A DNA stretch of 62,891 bases, counting the filler, from Octopus bimaculoides (lineage: Eukaryota): the NCBI RefSeq assembly GCF_001194135.2. It is 5 parts of 5 records of this genome, joined end to end, with 100 filler letters (N's around TTAATTAATTAA, not from the genome) between each part and the next. Parts side by side here need not be neighbours in the genome. Positions count along the whole stretch, not along the records: positions 37,692 to 40,324 come from NC_068983.1; positions 40,425 to 58,107 come from NC_068981.1; 3 more parts are not named here. One strand, 5' to 3'. This document shows, in pieces, positions 38,872 through 51,200 of the stretch; positions within the stretch are counted from its first letter, which is position 1; every line of letters starts with the position of its first letter. The notes beneath the pieces were generated by a model. The model saw only the letters and a list, made by a program, of their open reading frames with translations, was not told where the DNA came from and searched no databases. The position numbers and the translations under genes were made by a program.

Positions 38872-39089
38872 CACAAAAATTTGTATATTAATATCTGTAG
38901 GTATATATGCACACTTCTATTTGTGTGTGTGTGTGTGCGTGCGTGTGCGAATAATGCTTGAGTGTAAATGCATATGGAATTCCCCCAAAATTGAGAAGTA
39001 TATGTAAAAAAGGTTTTTTTTACTAATAGAAATACATATGCCTAAATTCAGGAATTCATGAAAACTACTGGATTTACTCGTCGAATAAT

Positions 39090-39240
39090 TTTTAAACAAA
39101 CCAGCCGATGGAACACGGGAAAATCAGAAGCACTTCAAAAACCGCGTAACATTTAATTGCTAACCGCGCGAGAGCCCGCAATTCTTCCACCATTTCATTC
39201 CGAAGATGGAACTGAAAGGATTTCGAAATTTTAATGGATT
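39090..39240 (-). promoter_or_regulatory. CpG-rich candidate promoter/first exon
   Basis: CGCG clusters, Inr-like TCAGTT (39210-39215, minus strand) and ATG at 39193. Confidence 0.25.
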
Positions 39241-40016
39241 AATAGATATATGTTTAGGTTTCAACCGGACATTGAAGACTAATAAAGAAATATTAAAAAC
39301 CTTAAATAAATATCATCCAATTTGAACATTTCCCAGTCTTCACACAAAGATTTTGTTAAGCCTGGTACTTGCTATATCGCCTCGAGGTGGAATAACAGCA
39401 ACAATAAGAACAACAACAACAATAACAATAAGAGCAACAACAATAACAGTAACAACAACTAAAATAGCAGCAGCAGCAATGTAAATTCCATTAGTTGGTT
39501 TAAGACCACAGATTTTTATGGAGTATGATGTTTTACTAGATTGTTAGACTGCAACTTGTGCCATATTCACAATAACCGCTTAACTCTGGATTAAGTCTTA
39601 AAATTTTAGGAATAAAAACAGTTTCACTCTGACAGAATATGGTTAAAATGCGGATAAAAGATATTAACCATCTTAACTGAGTTGCAATTATATTAATTGC
39701 ACTAATCATTTTAATTCTATAACATTAATCTAGGGTACATATTTTTCTTCATCTTACAACGGAGTACGTCTGCGCGTATATAAATATATATATATATTAG
39801 TGTGAATATAATATTTGCCTGTTTACATGCGTGTGATCCAGTTATTTTAAGATTAATGACTAATGTTTGTATGTCGGAATGAATTTTGCTTGCTTTCCTC
39901 TTTTTATTCTGGAGTTATTAAAAATAAGGAACATTTAAAAAAACAGCCGGTACGAAATTTCCCCATACAGAAGAGCCTTACATACAACAAATGAATGCAT
40001 TATGTGTGTAGTGTGT

Positions 40017-40067
<51 letters not shown>

Positions 40068-40324
40068 ATTAACTACCAACAAAAATAATTGGTAAGCTAA
40101 CTCAAAAAATCATCACCAAAATAGTAGAAAAAACGTAGTTTTTCTGATGTTATATTTATTCCTGAAGATGTGTAAAGAAATTTTGATTTATTAAGTCTGT
40201 CAATGAATTCGTTATACTGAAATATATATTGAAGAAGATAAATATGTTCATTTGAATATATACGTTTTTGCGTCATAACTCCTTTATTATTATTATTAAT
40301 ATATATATATATATACATATATAT

Positions 40325-40424
40325 NNNNNNNNNNNNNNNNNNNNNNNNNNNNNNNNNNNNNNNNNNNNTTAATTAATTAANNNNNNNNNNNNNNNNNNNN
40401 NNNNNNNNNNNNNNNNNNNNNNNN
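40325..40424. other. Synthetic scaffold join
   Basis: Same 100-bp block, linker at 40369-40380. Confidence 0.95.
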
Positions 40425-40557
40425 AAACACATACGCACACAGATATATATTTAACTTTCTTATAAAAAGGTGCGAAAACACCCCGTTCATTTGTCGCCAT
40501 TTGTTAGGAATCCCAGACATCGATGTTTCGAGTTTTTGGACTCTTGTCACTAACCTA

Positions 40558-40600
<43 letters not shown>

Positions 40601-40603
<3 letters not shown>

Positions 40604-40897
40604 CATATGGTATAATTATAAACAGGGCAAATTTTAGCCATGTCTCTGCAGACTGAAATAGCGATGAACAACCTTAATTGATTATCGAACATTGTTAGGT
40701 TCTCATCAGAGGCGTCCACATCATTCTGACAGTCTCCAGAAAAACAATCTATAAATAACAGCAGCTTGTCAACGGCGATCTTAGTCCACACAGTATCAAG
40801 GTATGATATAGTAAATATGTAACATATGGTATAATTATAAACCAGGCAAATTATAGCCATTTCTCCCCAGACTAAAATAACGATGACCAGTCTTAAT
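40601..40897. repeat. Direct repeat with 219-bp period (about 1.35 units)
   Basis: TAACATATGGTATAATTATAAAC..CTTAAT at 40601-40678 recurs at 40820-40897. Confidence 0.9.
40672..40712 (-). ncRNA. Minimal type I hammerhead ribozyme-like motif (A14 replaced by U)
   Basis: CCT-CTGATGA-GAAC ctaacaat GTTC-GATA-ATCAAT-TA-AGG: stem I CCT/AGG, stem II GAAC/GTTC, short stem III, UUA cleavage triplet. Confidence 0.55.
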
Positions 40898-41688
40898 CTA
40901 TATATAAATATCGCATTGCTTTACATCACTTTATCTCCTCGGGAATAATACCAATGGTTGCTTCGAAACATATGTCGGACGTATAAAGATTTGAATAACA
41001 CCTGCGTTTGGTTCATTTCCTTATTTATCTGTTATACAAAACATTTCACTAAACCCTGGAATGTCTACCTTTATAAGTAGGCTGTAACATCCTTGGTACT
41101 TATGTGAATTCATTTGATACCCAAGTAACTATTTATTTACTTTTTCCGTGTTATTTGTACACAGTGAAAAAATACACATACATTTATATATATATATATA
41201 TATNNNNNNNNNNNNNNNNNNNNNNNNNNNNNNNNNNNNNNNNNNNNNNNNNNNNNNNNNNNNNNNNNNNNNNNNNNNNNNNNNNNNNNNNNNNNNNNNN
41301 NNNNNNNNNNNNNNNNNNNNNNNNNNNNNNNNNNNNNNNNNNNNNNNNNNNNNNNNNNNNNNNNNNNNNNNNNNNNNNNNNNNNNNNNNNNNNNNNNNNN
41401 NNNNNNNNNNNNNNNNNNNNNNNNNNNNNNNNNNNNNNNNNNNNNNNNNNNNNNNNNNNNNNNNNNNNNNNNNNNNNNNNNNNNNNNNNNNNNNNNNNNN
41501 NNNNNNNNNNNNNNNNNNNNNNNNNNNNNNNNNNNNNNNNNNNNNNNNNNNNNNNNNNNNNNNNNNNNNNNNNNNNNNNNNNNNNNNNNNNNNNNNNNNN
41601 NNNNNNNNNNNNNNNNNNNNNNNNNNNNNNNNNNNNNNNNNNNNNNNNNNNNNNNNNNNNNNNNNNNNNNNNNNNNNNNNNNNNNNNN

Positions 41689-41822
41689 TTATGAATTCTT
41701 GTCTTTGGTTGTTTAAGCAGCAGTAGTAGTAAAGGAAGTGGGTGGCAGAGAAGAAGAAGAAGAAGAAGAAGAAGAAGAAGAAGAAGAAGAAGAAGAAGAA
41801 GAAGAAGAAGAAGAAGAAGAAG

Positions 41823-41866
<44 letters not shown>

Positions 41867-42795
41867 GGAATAGTAAAAGAATGCGGGAGTGGTATGATAG
41901 TAGTAGGATGTTAAATGGTCAAATGCCTTGAGAGTGACTCCTTGTGGATGATAGTAATGATTGGGACTGTTTTGAATGAATTCTTGAGGTATCTCTCTTG
42001 AATGTATCAATGAAAGTGTATCTATGAAAATTCTCCTAACACAAACCTGAATACGCTCAACAACAACACTGAAGCTGTCGGTAAAAAAAATGCAGAAGAC
42101 CCAACTGTGGGATATGCGTCAATTTAATTGAGGGATTAGAGTTCTCCTTCAAACAGTGACAACGTTTCACAGTGAAAAGCAACTTCACATGTGCTTCGGA
42201 GAACCTGATATACGCACTAACCCGCTCTAAGTGTCAAAAGCAATTCATAGGTCAAACAAAAACAGTCTACGTCAAAGGATGGCTCTGCACAGATCCCAGA
42301 TCAAAGTTCCGAAAAACAGAAAAATAGCATTCAGCCAACACATCGACATTTGCGCCAATAACAAAAATTCCAGCTTCAAAATTTTCCCCCTCTATCAATT
42401 CAGGGACGATACAACCTGTAGTCAACGAATTAGTAAAGAGTTGTACTTCATCACAAAATACAGATCCCTTTTGAACGCATCTACACGAAATGACATATCC
42501 ACTACGACCTTAGAATAACACACACGCAAATATTAAAAATGATACATTCAAAAGAGATACCCAAGAATTCATTCAAAACAGTCCCAATCATTACTATCTT
42601 CCACAAAGAGTCACTCTTAAAGCACTTGACCATTTAACATCCTACTACTGTCATACCACTCCCGCATTCTGTTACTATTCCTTCTTCTTCTTCTTCTTCT
42701 TCTTCTTCTTCTTCTTCTTCTTCTTCTTCTTCTTCTTCTCTTCCATCTCCTTTCTTTACTACTACTGCTGCTTAAACAAAGACAAGAATTCATAA
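41689..42795 (+). mobile_element. Penelope-like element 3' fragment (GIY-YIG) flanked by inverted pseudo-LTR arms
   Basis: SNFTCASENLIYAL..SKCQKQFIGQTK, then a frameshift to SLRQRMALHRSQI..FSQHIDICA. Segment 41689-42009 is the reverse complement of 42540-42795. Confidence 0.85.
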
Positions 42796-44822
42796 CTACC
42801 TCGAAACCACAAGAGTGAAAAAAAAAGAGACAGAGACAGGCAGAAACAAGGAAAATACTCCTTGTATTTGAATATAGAAATTTTTTTTTTTTAACTTTTC
42901 ATTTAATTTTTCCACAATTATATTGGTGAAATTGTTCATGTTGCTGACGAGAATATTAAATGGAGCTTTTCCACATGCTTTTTAGGAAGTGAAAAGCTTT
43001 CGAAATCTGTTTCACTTTATTTCCATTTTATTTCGTTCATCGATTATCGAACACTGAGACAATTTGACAACAATATAACTGAAATATGATACACTTGCAG
43101 CCCCTCTTTGAGAGAGGCCCAACGAGTTATTGACCAGAATATTAATTGCATTCTCTGTCTTGCTGTGTATATTATAAACTTGAGAGTTTCTCATAGTGAA
43201 GTATAATCTCATGGTGATATCCGTCAAGTGGCATTCTTCTCTTTATTTATTAATTTCTGCATTTTTTCTTAAGTTTTTGTGAAGCCTTTAGGATCTTCTT
43301 CTGCGTCAACATATGCGAACGAATTTCCATTTGTAAACGTTTTGCTTACGTGCTCCTTTGTGTGATAATAAATAGGAGTATGTGTTTGTAGCTTAATATT
43401 GAATATGTTTTAGTTTTAGTTGAATTATTGTTTGATTTCTTATTTGTGGAAGGCAAGGTTTCTCAAACTGGAATATACGCGTAACCAAGAAAATACAAGT
43501 GAAATTGAGATTTTCGGGAAATTTATAAAATCATTGGAACTAAAGTCATCGGAAGACTACTTTTCAATGGTGCCCTCTCAGATTTAGAGAATAGTATTTA
43601 TGACAAAACAAAAGTTTTGTCAAATATGCTTGGAAATTTTTATTTCGAAATATAATTTAATTTCTGATGTTTGCACGCGACCAGCAATTTTGAAAGCTGG
43701 GGTTTAGGTGATGCCATTGACCCCAACTATTGGACTAGAACTTTATTTTATCGGCCTCCTTGGCTATATTCGAAGGCAACTTAGAGAGCTGTCCAAAACG
43801 CTGTAATACATTTTTGAGACACTCTAGTAATTCTATCACTTCGCCGTTTTTTTTTCCTGAACCTGATTAATAATAAACGATACAAATTGTTTGTAACTGT
43901 GTCCTTTAAACTGTACATTACGTTTTACTGGTATTCATATTATACATCGCGTTTGTATGGCATCCATAAAATTATAACTATTATTGTCTGTTTTTGGTGA
44001 CCAACCATTTTATTATATATATTTTTCACAAGGGATATGCCAGCCAACACAGCCGGACATGAGGAACGGGTACTCAAGAAGAATAATTTAAGACACCCTG
44101 ATATTCAGGTTGTGTAGGAGATTTATTTTTTTCATGTTTAATCTTCTTTTTTTTTTCATCTGAAAGTTAACAACAGCATTTGTGGGATTTTGAATATCAA
44201 ACAATTTGTAGTTAGGGGAGCGTATTTTTCAAAATAATCCTTCAAAAACGGAATATAATTTGAAAGTATTTAGTCATCTGAATCCTATAGACTGCACTGC
44301 TGAGTGGCAGAGTAACAGTAGAAGACTTGTCTATCTCTATCTGTTCTGCATAACTCTCTCTCCTACTGTCCTATATGTGTGTGTGTATGTGTTTGTTTGT
44401 TTGTGCGTTTGTGTGTGCATGTGTTTGCGTGTGTGTACGTTCGTATATATGTACGTATGTATATATATATATATATATATNNNNNNNNNNNNNNNNNNNN
44501 NNNNNNNNNNNNNNNNNNNNNNNNNNNNNNNNNNNNNNNNNNNNNNNNNNNNNNNNNNNNNNNNNNNNNNNNNNNNNNNNNNNNNNNNNNNNNNNNNNNN
44601 NNNNNNNNNNNNNNNNNNNNNNNNNNNNNNNNNNNNNNNNNNNNNNNNNNNNNNNNNNNNNNNNNNNNNNNNNNNNNNNNNNNNNNNNNNNNNNNNNNNN
44701 NNNNNNNNNNNNNNNNNNNNNNNNNNNNNNNNNNNNNNNNNNNNNNNNNNNNNNNNNNNNNNNNNNNNNNNNNNNNNNNNNNNNNNNNNNNNNNNNNNNN
44801 NNNNNNNNNNNNNNNNNNNNNN

Positions 44823-44853
<31 letters not shown>

Positions 44854-45984
44854 CGACGGGCTTCTTTCAGTTTCCGTCTACCAAATTCACTCACAAGGCT
44901 TTGGTCGGCCCGAGGCTATAGTAGAAGACACTTGCCCAAGGTGCCACGCAGTGGGACTGAAGCCCGAACCATGTAGTTGGTAAGCAAGCTACTTACCACG
45001 CAGCCACCCCTACGCCTTATATATATGTATAGATATATATCTCATGTATTTGTATATAAATGTGTAAACATACATGGTTGCATACCTATATTTATACATG
45101 TATGTATGTATGTATGTATGTATGTATGTATGTGTGTGCATGTGTGAGTGTATGTATGCATGTATGTATGTATGTGTGTGTGTATGTGTGTGTATGTATG
45201 TATGTATGTATGTATACAGTTATATTTGTTTATCTACTTAGAAATTTAAATGCTAAATCCTTTCAATGTTGTACCAATGAAGAATTTATGAGTAAAGAAT
45301 CGCTCATTAATTAGTCTTCAGTACAATAAACAATCATTTATCTTTTTGATACAAGTCTGACTTTGTATTTCTGAAGTGTTGAAAGGCAGCTGTCTTTTGA
45401 ATTCAAAATCTCCGCCAACAATCGCAGTCATTACAATCCAGCCGTTTAAGTCTAGTAATATATGTATTTTGTTTCCATTTTTTTTTCTTTATTGTGTTTG
45501 TTTTCATTAATGTACACGACTAGGTTCTCTGCTGACGTATAGTGTATTTGAAGAATGTGTTATAAAAGATCATTTTATTTCATTGCAGACTCCGTTTTAA
45601 GATGTACTACATCGTTTTGTTTGTTTTGTTTGTTTTGCTGTTTTGGCTTTCTCTTTTCGTTTCAATTCGTCGCATCTTTTCTGTATGTTTTATCCATTCA
45701 GATTGTTTTCATAAACGAAGAGTGTTGTTAGTATCATTAATATTAAAAAAATGAGACTAAGCTATAGTAGCTGCAATAATTTCTAATAGTAAAATGGACA
45801 TAATGTACAGCTATTAAACTGTAGCAAATTAAAAGGGCCTTCTTTTCTCAATACATGCTTCACTTGGTTGAGTACATATACATACATTAATTCATTCATA
45901 CATATACATATCTACACACACACACATATATCTATGTATGTACATATATATATATATATGCATGTGTGTGTACGTGTAGGTAGG

Positions 45985-46040
<56 letters not shown>

Positions 46041-48617
46041 CAAACAGATACATAGATGCATGCATATAAACACAAACATACATACATGTGTGTGAAAGTG
46101 TGTTTGAAAGTGTGTGTATATGCGTGTGCATGCATGCGCGCACATATACACACAGAACAAAGAGGGTATGTTTGCGCATGTTGTATGGGTCTAGGTGAGA
46201 ATGGGTGGCTGTGTATGCGTAAACACTTCAGAATAAAAAGAGAGAAAGAAATGTTTTGGATAATATTAGAATTATTTTTAAAATGAAGTATAATGTCAGT
46301 ATTTGATTGCAGACAGGCTACTATCGGACAAAATTTTGCTAGTACATGCTATGTCCAGATATATTAATGGCAAATACTAAATAAAGTTCAGAAACTAAAA
46401 GGCTAACTAGTTTAAAGCGAAAATAGTTTTCGTTGACACCGTATCGAAATCCAGCTACGAAATGGTAAGTTGGAAGAGAAATGACCAAGTACATAAGTTA
46501 CTTGACTACAGCAGCATATCTGTATTGTTGAGAAAATCACTTCTTAAACACTACCGTTTTGGATTCATGCATACCGCGCAACATCTAGCTATGTGTGTAG
46601 GATCCCACCTTTGGGTCGACGATAGATAAAATCTGGTACATGGAAACCGTGTGGAATCCCGTTGGAACGATCCGTTCTGCTTTTAGTTTCAAGATTTAAT
46701 CCGCCATCTAGATATTTACCAGCATTTTACACACGTGTGGTTTACTGATTATGGTATATTCAAGCAAGAAACGATGTCAAAGAAACTTAGACGAATCTTT
46801 ATAGTGTTTCTTGTGTTTACAAAGTGATAATGAGTGTAAATTCCATCCCAACGTCCACAATTTTCCCGTGAATAGCAGAGGGCCACGTATTATTAGATTT
46901 GAAAGACATAACGATGAAATAAAGTCCGTCATCATATTCAAGGCAATATGGTAGAAAAAAGAGCCCCCGATGCAAGAATTCGGACTTAAGTCTTCGAAAG
47001 TCCTATTTTCGAACGTCCTGAGAAATCTCATGAGTTCTTCTCTTACTGCTTTGACTAAACCTTAAAATAAGTCATTTTAAATATTATAAGTAATCCACTA
47101 AATCGGCTTTTGACAGCAAATTATGAAATAAACTTCATATCCGCTGCAGACGTTAAGTTTTTGTCTGAATAGAGTATTTAATGCAAATTCAGTTTTACTT
47201 CTAGCATCCGTATGCGTTCACAGAAACATTTAAATGATTCTAAATTATTTTGATTTGGCTCAAGGGTTCAAATATAACATATGATGTTGTGACGTTCATC
47301 TTGTATATCTTAATTGAGACATTATGTACAGAGCAGAAAGGATTTGGAATTAACAGAATCATTTGAATACGTGAAATATATATTTGAAATAAGTGCAATT
47401 ATTCTAAATCATCGAGTATTTCATTTAGTTATTTTTCAATGTTCTTTTCAAAAATATTTCGATTTTCAAATGAGTGTACAGCACAACAGGTCACATGGTA
47501 CAATACGAGATCATTATGTCGGTTGTATTTCGCATATACTTTGAAATATAGTTAGCTAAGCTGAAATATTGGAGGGATTTTGACTGAAGGTATGACGGTT
47601 CTTATTTGGGCAACAGCACGGATCTTTCAGCATACATGGAGAAGGCCCTTATCTCTCAGATGGCTCCAGTTAAGTTAGTTCTAAACATACTTAGTAGCAT
47701 AAGTAGAGTTCACTGATGTTGCACTTAAATTCACTTCCTCTCCATAACACACTTTTCTTACGTCGACATACAACCATTCAAAATGAATATCAGCTCCATT
47801 CGTTTCGCCAGTCCAGAAGCAGCAGCTGCGTAAATCTAATCACAGTTTGTTCCATCTGGCTCAAAATATTAAAAAATCAGAAAGAAAGACAGAATATTTC
47901 GTTATTTTGTAGTACGTAGTTAAAATCAAGTCAACCTCGTTAAATCTCTTGAGGAGGTTTGACAACGAGAAGCAATTGATTGGCTTCAAATCAAAATTCA
48001 TAGACATTTCGCTGTAGAGATTCAGGCTCCTGTGATTTTTTTTATAATTACGGACAGCGTTTGAGCGTTTGACAAATGATGTGTCGTAGGCCATCCCAAG
48101 TTGGATGGTTTACAAATTGGCATCCAGAGCCAAGTATACATCTAATTCGGCGAGATGGAAATTTACAACGAATCAATGTCTAAGATCGACAATTATATTT
48201 GGCTATTATTAATATTGGCAAGGAAATAACAAACCGATATGGTGAAACATCTAATATATACTATAGATTAAACACACAATTAGACACCAAGATCTCTATC
48301 ACTGACATACATGCCTGCATACATGCGCAAAAACATTCACACAGGTGCGCATACATGGACACAAATGCACCCACATATGCACAAACATGCACATACATAC
48401 ATAACAATAATAAACCTATGCATCACGTGCATTCTTGTGCCAATGGTTCAGGAAAGTAATGACATCAGCATTTATCTATACACATATGCATACAGGTATA
48501 TAGGAAATACATGATACTCAGAAATACATACACAATGCCAGACTCTCAAATACATTTATATACATATACTTACCTACCTACCTACATACATACATACATA
48601 CATACATACATACATAC

Positions 48618-49597
48618 ATTATTGGGGCACTGGAATACGTAACACGCTACCTAAATACCAATCTTGAGAAATCAGGCTTCTCAAAACCAGAAAGAAGAAA
48701 GCTGATTCGAAGACTACAAATCCAAGCCATCAATGGAACTGTAAAAAATCGTAAAATTTTCCAGAAGTTTATGATTTAAGTATATATGGGCATTTCTAGA
48801 TATGCAACTATATGTATGAGAAGACATACATAAAACAAAACATACAAATCTGCATGTACACACATATACATACATACATATACAAATACACATAGTTATA
48901 CATACATGCATACATATAGATATACATACATACATACATACATACATACATACATACATACATGTTAATGTTGAAATTCCAATGAAAGAGTTTGGATCTA
49001 GGTTAGAAACCGGCTTTTTCTCTATTGGCAAGAAATCTTGAAAAAAAAACTGAATAATGACAAACATACATACATATGGAATACATTTATAAACACCATC
49101 TCAAGGAATACTAGTAGAATATTCCCATCAAAACTTGTGTCAAATATAAGCATAACAAGCCTGATGTTGTTTGGGACAGAGGGACAACGGTATATACCAT
49201 CATAGATGTTAGCTGCCCTGCAGATATAAACATCTCTTTGAAAATCAAAGAAAAAGAGGATATCTATGGACAACTGCTTCCCAACTTCCAGTTGCATATC
49301 CAGACTATGAATTCATATTCATACCAATAATAATTGGAGCGCTATGTTTTGTTAGTTAATGCTTAAAGAAGAATCTGTATAAAATGGGATTTTCAGAATG
49401 ATAAATGGACCGGCTAATTTGTTTATTACAAGTGCAGTCTGTGAATGGAACAGTAAAAATATGCAAGACTTTTCTCAAGTTGCAAATGTGAATTTGTCTG
49501 TGATAACTACATCCCAAAGATGGAGCCTTGTATCTTTGTTGGAAACCGGCTCCTACCTCAGTGGAAGATTTATAATAATTAAAAAATAGAAGAGATG
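48618..49597 (+). mobile_element. Three 3' fragments of an R4-like RLE retrotransposon family embedded in a (CATA)n array
   Basis: 48618-48870: IIGALEYVTRYLNTNLEKSGFS..IRRLQIQAINGTVKI. 48965-49065: 3' UTR only. 49075-49597: HNKPDVVWD..IIDVSCPAD..KEKEDIYGQLL..YPDYEFIFIPIIIGAL..LQVQSVNGTVKICKTF. Each piece is bounded by CATA repeats. Confidence 0.8.
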
Positions 49598-49639
49598 CAT
49601 ACATACATACACACATACATACATACATACATACATACA

Positions 49640-49672
<33 letters not shown>

Positions 49673-49936
49673 CGTATCTCTTATCTCGTTTAAGACATTT
49701 TTACTATGGCCATGCCGAGGCAATGCCTTCCAGGGTTTAGGTCGAAAAATCGACCCCAAGTATTTTTTAAAGCCTAATACTTAGTCTATTGGATCTCTTT
49801 TGCCCAATCACTAAATTACGGTGGAAGTAAACACAGCAACACTGCTGGTCAAGCGATGGTAGGGACTAAGCATGGACATAAAGATATATACACACAAACA
49901 CACGCACACACACTCACATACACATACATGTATATG

Positions 49937-50356
49937 TCTGACCAATAAGTATCCGCACCGTTGCCATAATAACCAAACTAAAGCACGCAGAGTAAAGCTA
50001 CTTGGCAAAGATTGACTTTCAACTCTGCTGTGCATGCACACTAAGTTTTATCATTCTAGCTCACTGCCGCTGTTTACAGCAGTGCTTTCAAGGAACGTGT
50101 GTAGCGTGTGATTGTCGCATGACCAAGATAGAGAAAGTTGTCATGGCGATACCTACTCAGAGGCCTACACAAAGTTGCAGTCAGTGTGTGGAGAGGAGTG
50201 TATGAGTGGTTCAGATGTTTCCAAGATGGCCAAAAAATGGCGATATTGACGAACGTCAGATCTCAGTGTGCATGCACAGCAGAGTTCAAGGTCAATCTGT
50301 GCCAAGCGGCTTTACACTCCGTGCTGTAGCAGCAGTCCGGATACTTATTGGTCAGA
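49937..50356 (+). mobile_element. Mariner-derived internally deleted element (MITE)
   Basis: Long imperfect TIRs starting TCTGACCAATAAGTATCCG. The internal remnant (YTKLQSVCGEECMS..WFRCFQDG..DIDER) resembles the mariner HTH domain. Confidence 0.8.
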
Positions 50357-50357
50357 T

Positions 50358-50388
<31 letters not shown>

Positions 50389-50408
50389 GCACACACATAT
50401 ACACACAA

Positions 50409-50499
<91 letters not shown>

Positions 50500-50721
50500 C
50501 AAATTATTGGGGTTTAGTTCACAGGTAATCTAAACGATTAGGTACGCTAGGTAAGTATTGTAACGGATTACTGGTGCTCCAAGTTTATAGCCGAAACGGT
50601 AGTTATGGAGTCATTTCCGATTTCCGATGCAGCGGATATATAATTGTTAAACAGGACAACAAACATTAAGGCGAGACCAACATCTCAAGTCATATACAAT
50701 ATTATTATAGGAAGAAATTCA

Positions 50722-50782
50722 GAACCTTACAACTGTTTCTGGGATATCCCCGAGTATGGGATATTCCGTCATCAGAGACAAA
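50722..50782 (-). ncRNA. Type I hammerhead ribozyme-like motif in left arm of foldback
   Basis: GTCT-CTGATGA-C-GGAATATCCC atactcg GGGATATCCC-A-GAAA-CAGTT-GTA-AGGT: 9 of 10 bp in stem II, GUA triplet, C.A mismatch at the stem II closing position. Confidence 0.5.
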
Positions 50783-51142
50783 TAGGGAAAATGAGAATGG
50801 TATATATTAATAAGATGACGACAGAGGAAGTGAGTAAAAGAAGAAAGAGATGGAAAAAAAGAAAAAAAGAAGCATAAAAGTTCATAGTTGAACTTTCCGA
50901 AGTTATAGAAACCAGAGCATGAGTCCTTAGGTGCGTAGATCCATGAGTGTAAGTCCTTAGGTACAATCTTTACACTCATGGATCTACGCAGAATTATACC
51001 TAAGGACTCATAGTTCAGCTTCGAAAAGTTTAACTATGAACGTTTATGTCTTTTTTTTCTTCTTTTTTTCCATCCCCTTATTCTTTCACTCCCTTCCTCT
51101 ACGTCATCATCTTATTAATATATACCTTTCTCATTTTCCATA

Positions 51143-51200
51143 TTTGTCTCTGATGACGGAATATCCCATATTCGGGGTTCTCCCAGAAAAAGCGGTAAGA
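51143..51200 (+). ncRNA. More degenerate hammerhead-like copy in right arm of foldback
   Basis: CTGATGA at 51150-51156 and GAAA at 51186-51189; stems II and III partly mismatched. Confidence 0.35.

Noticed and set aside
46777-47031. 84-aa minus-strand ORF in unique DNA
   Set aside because: No recognisable domain, and competing frames on both strands are equally plausible.
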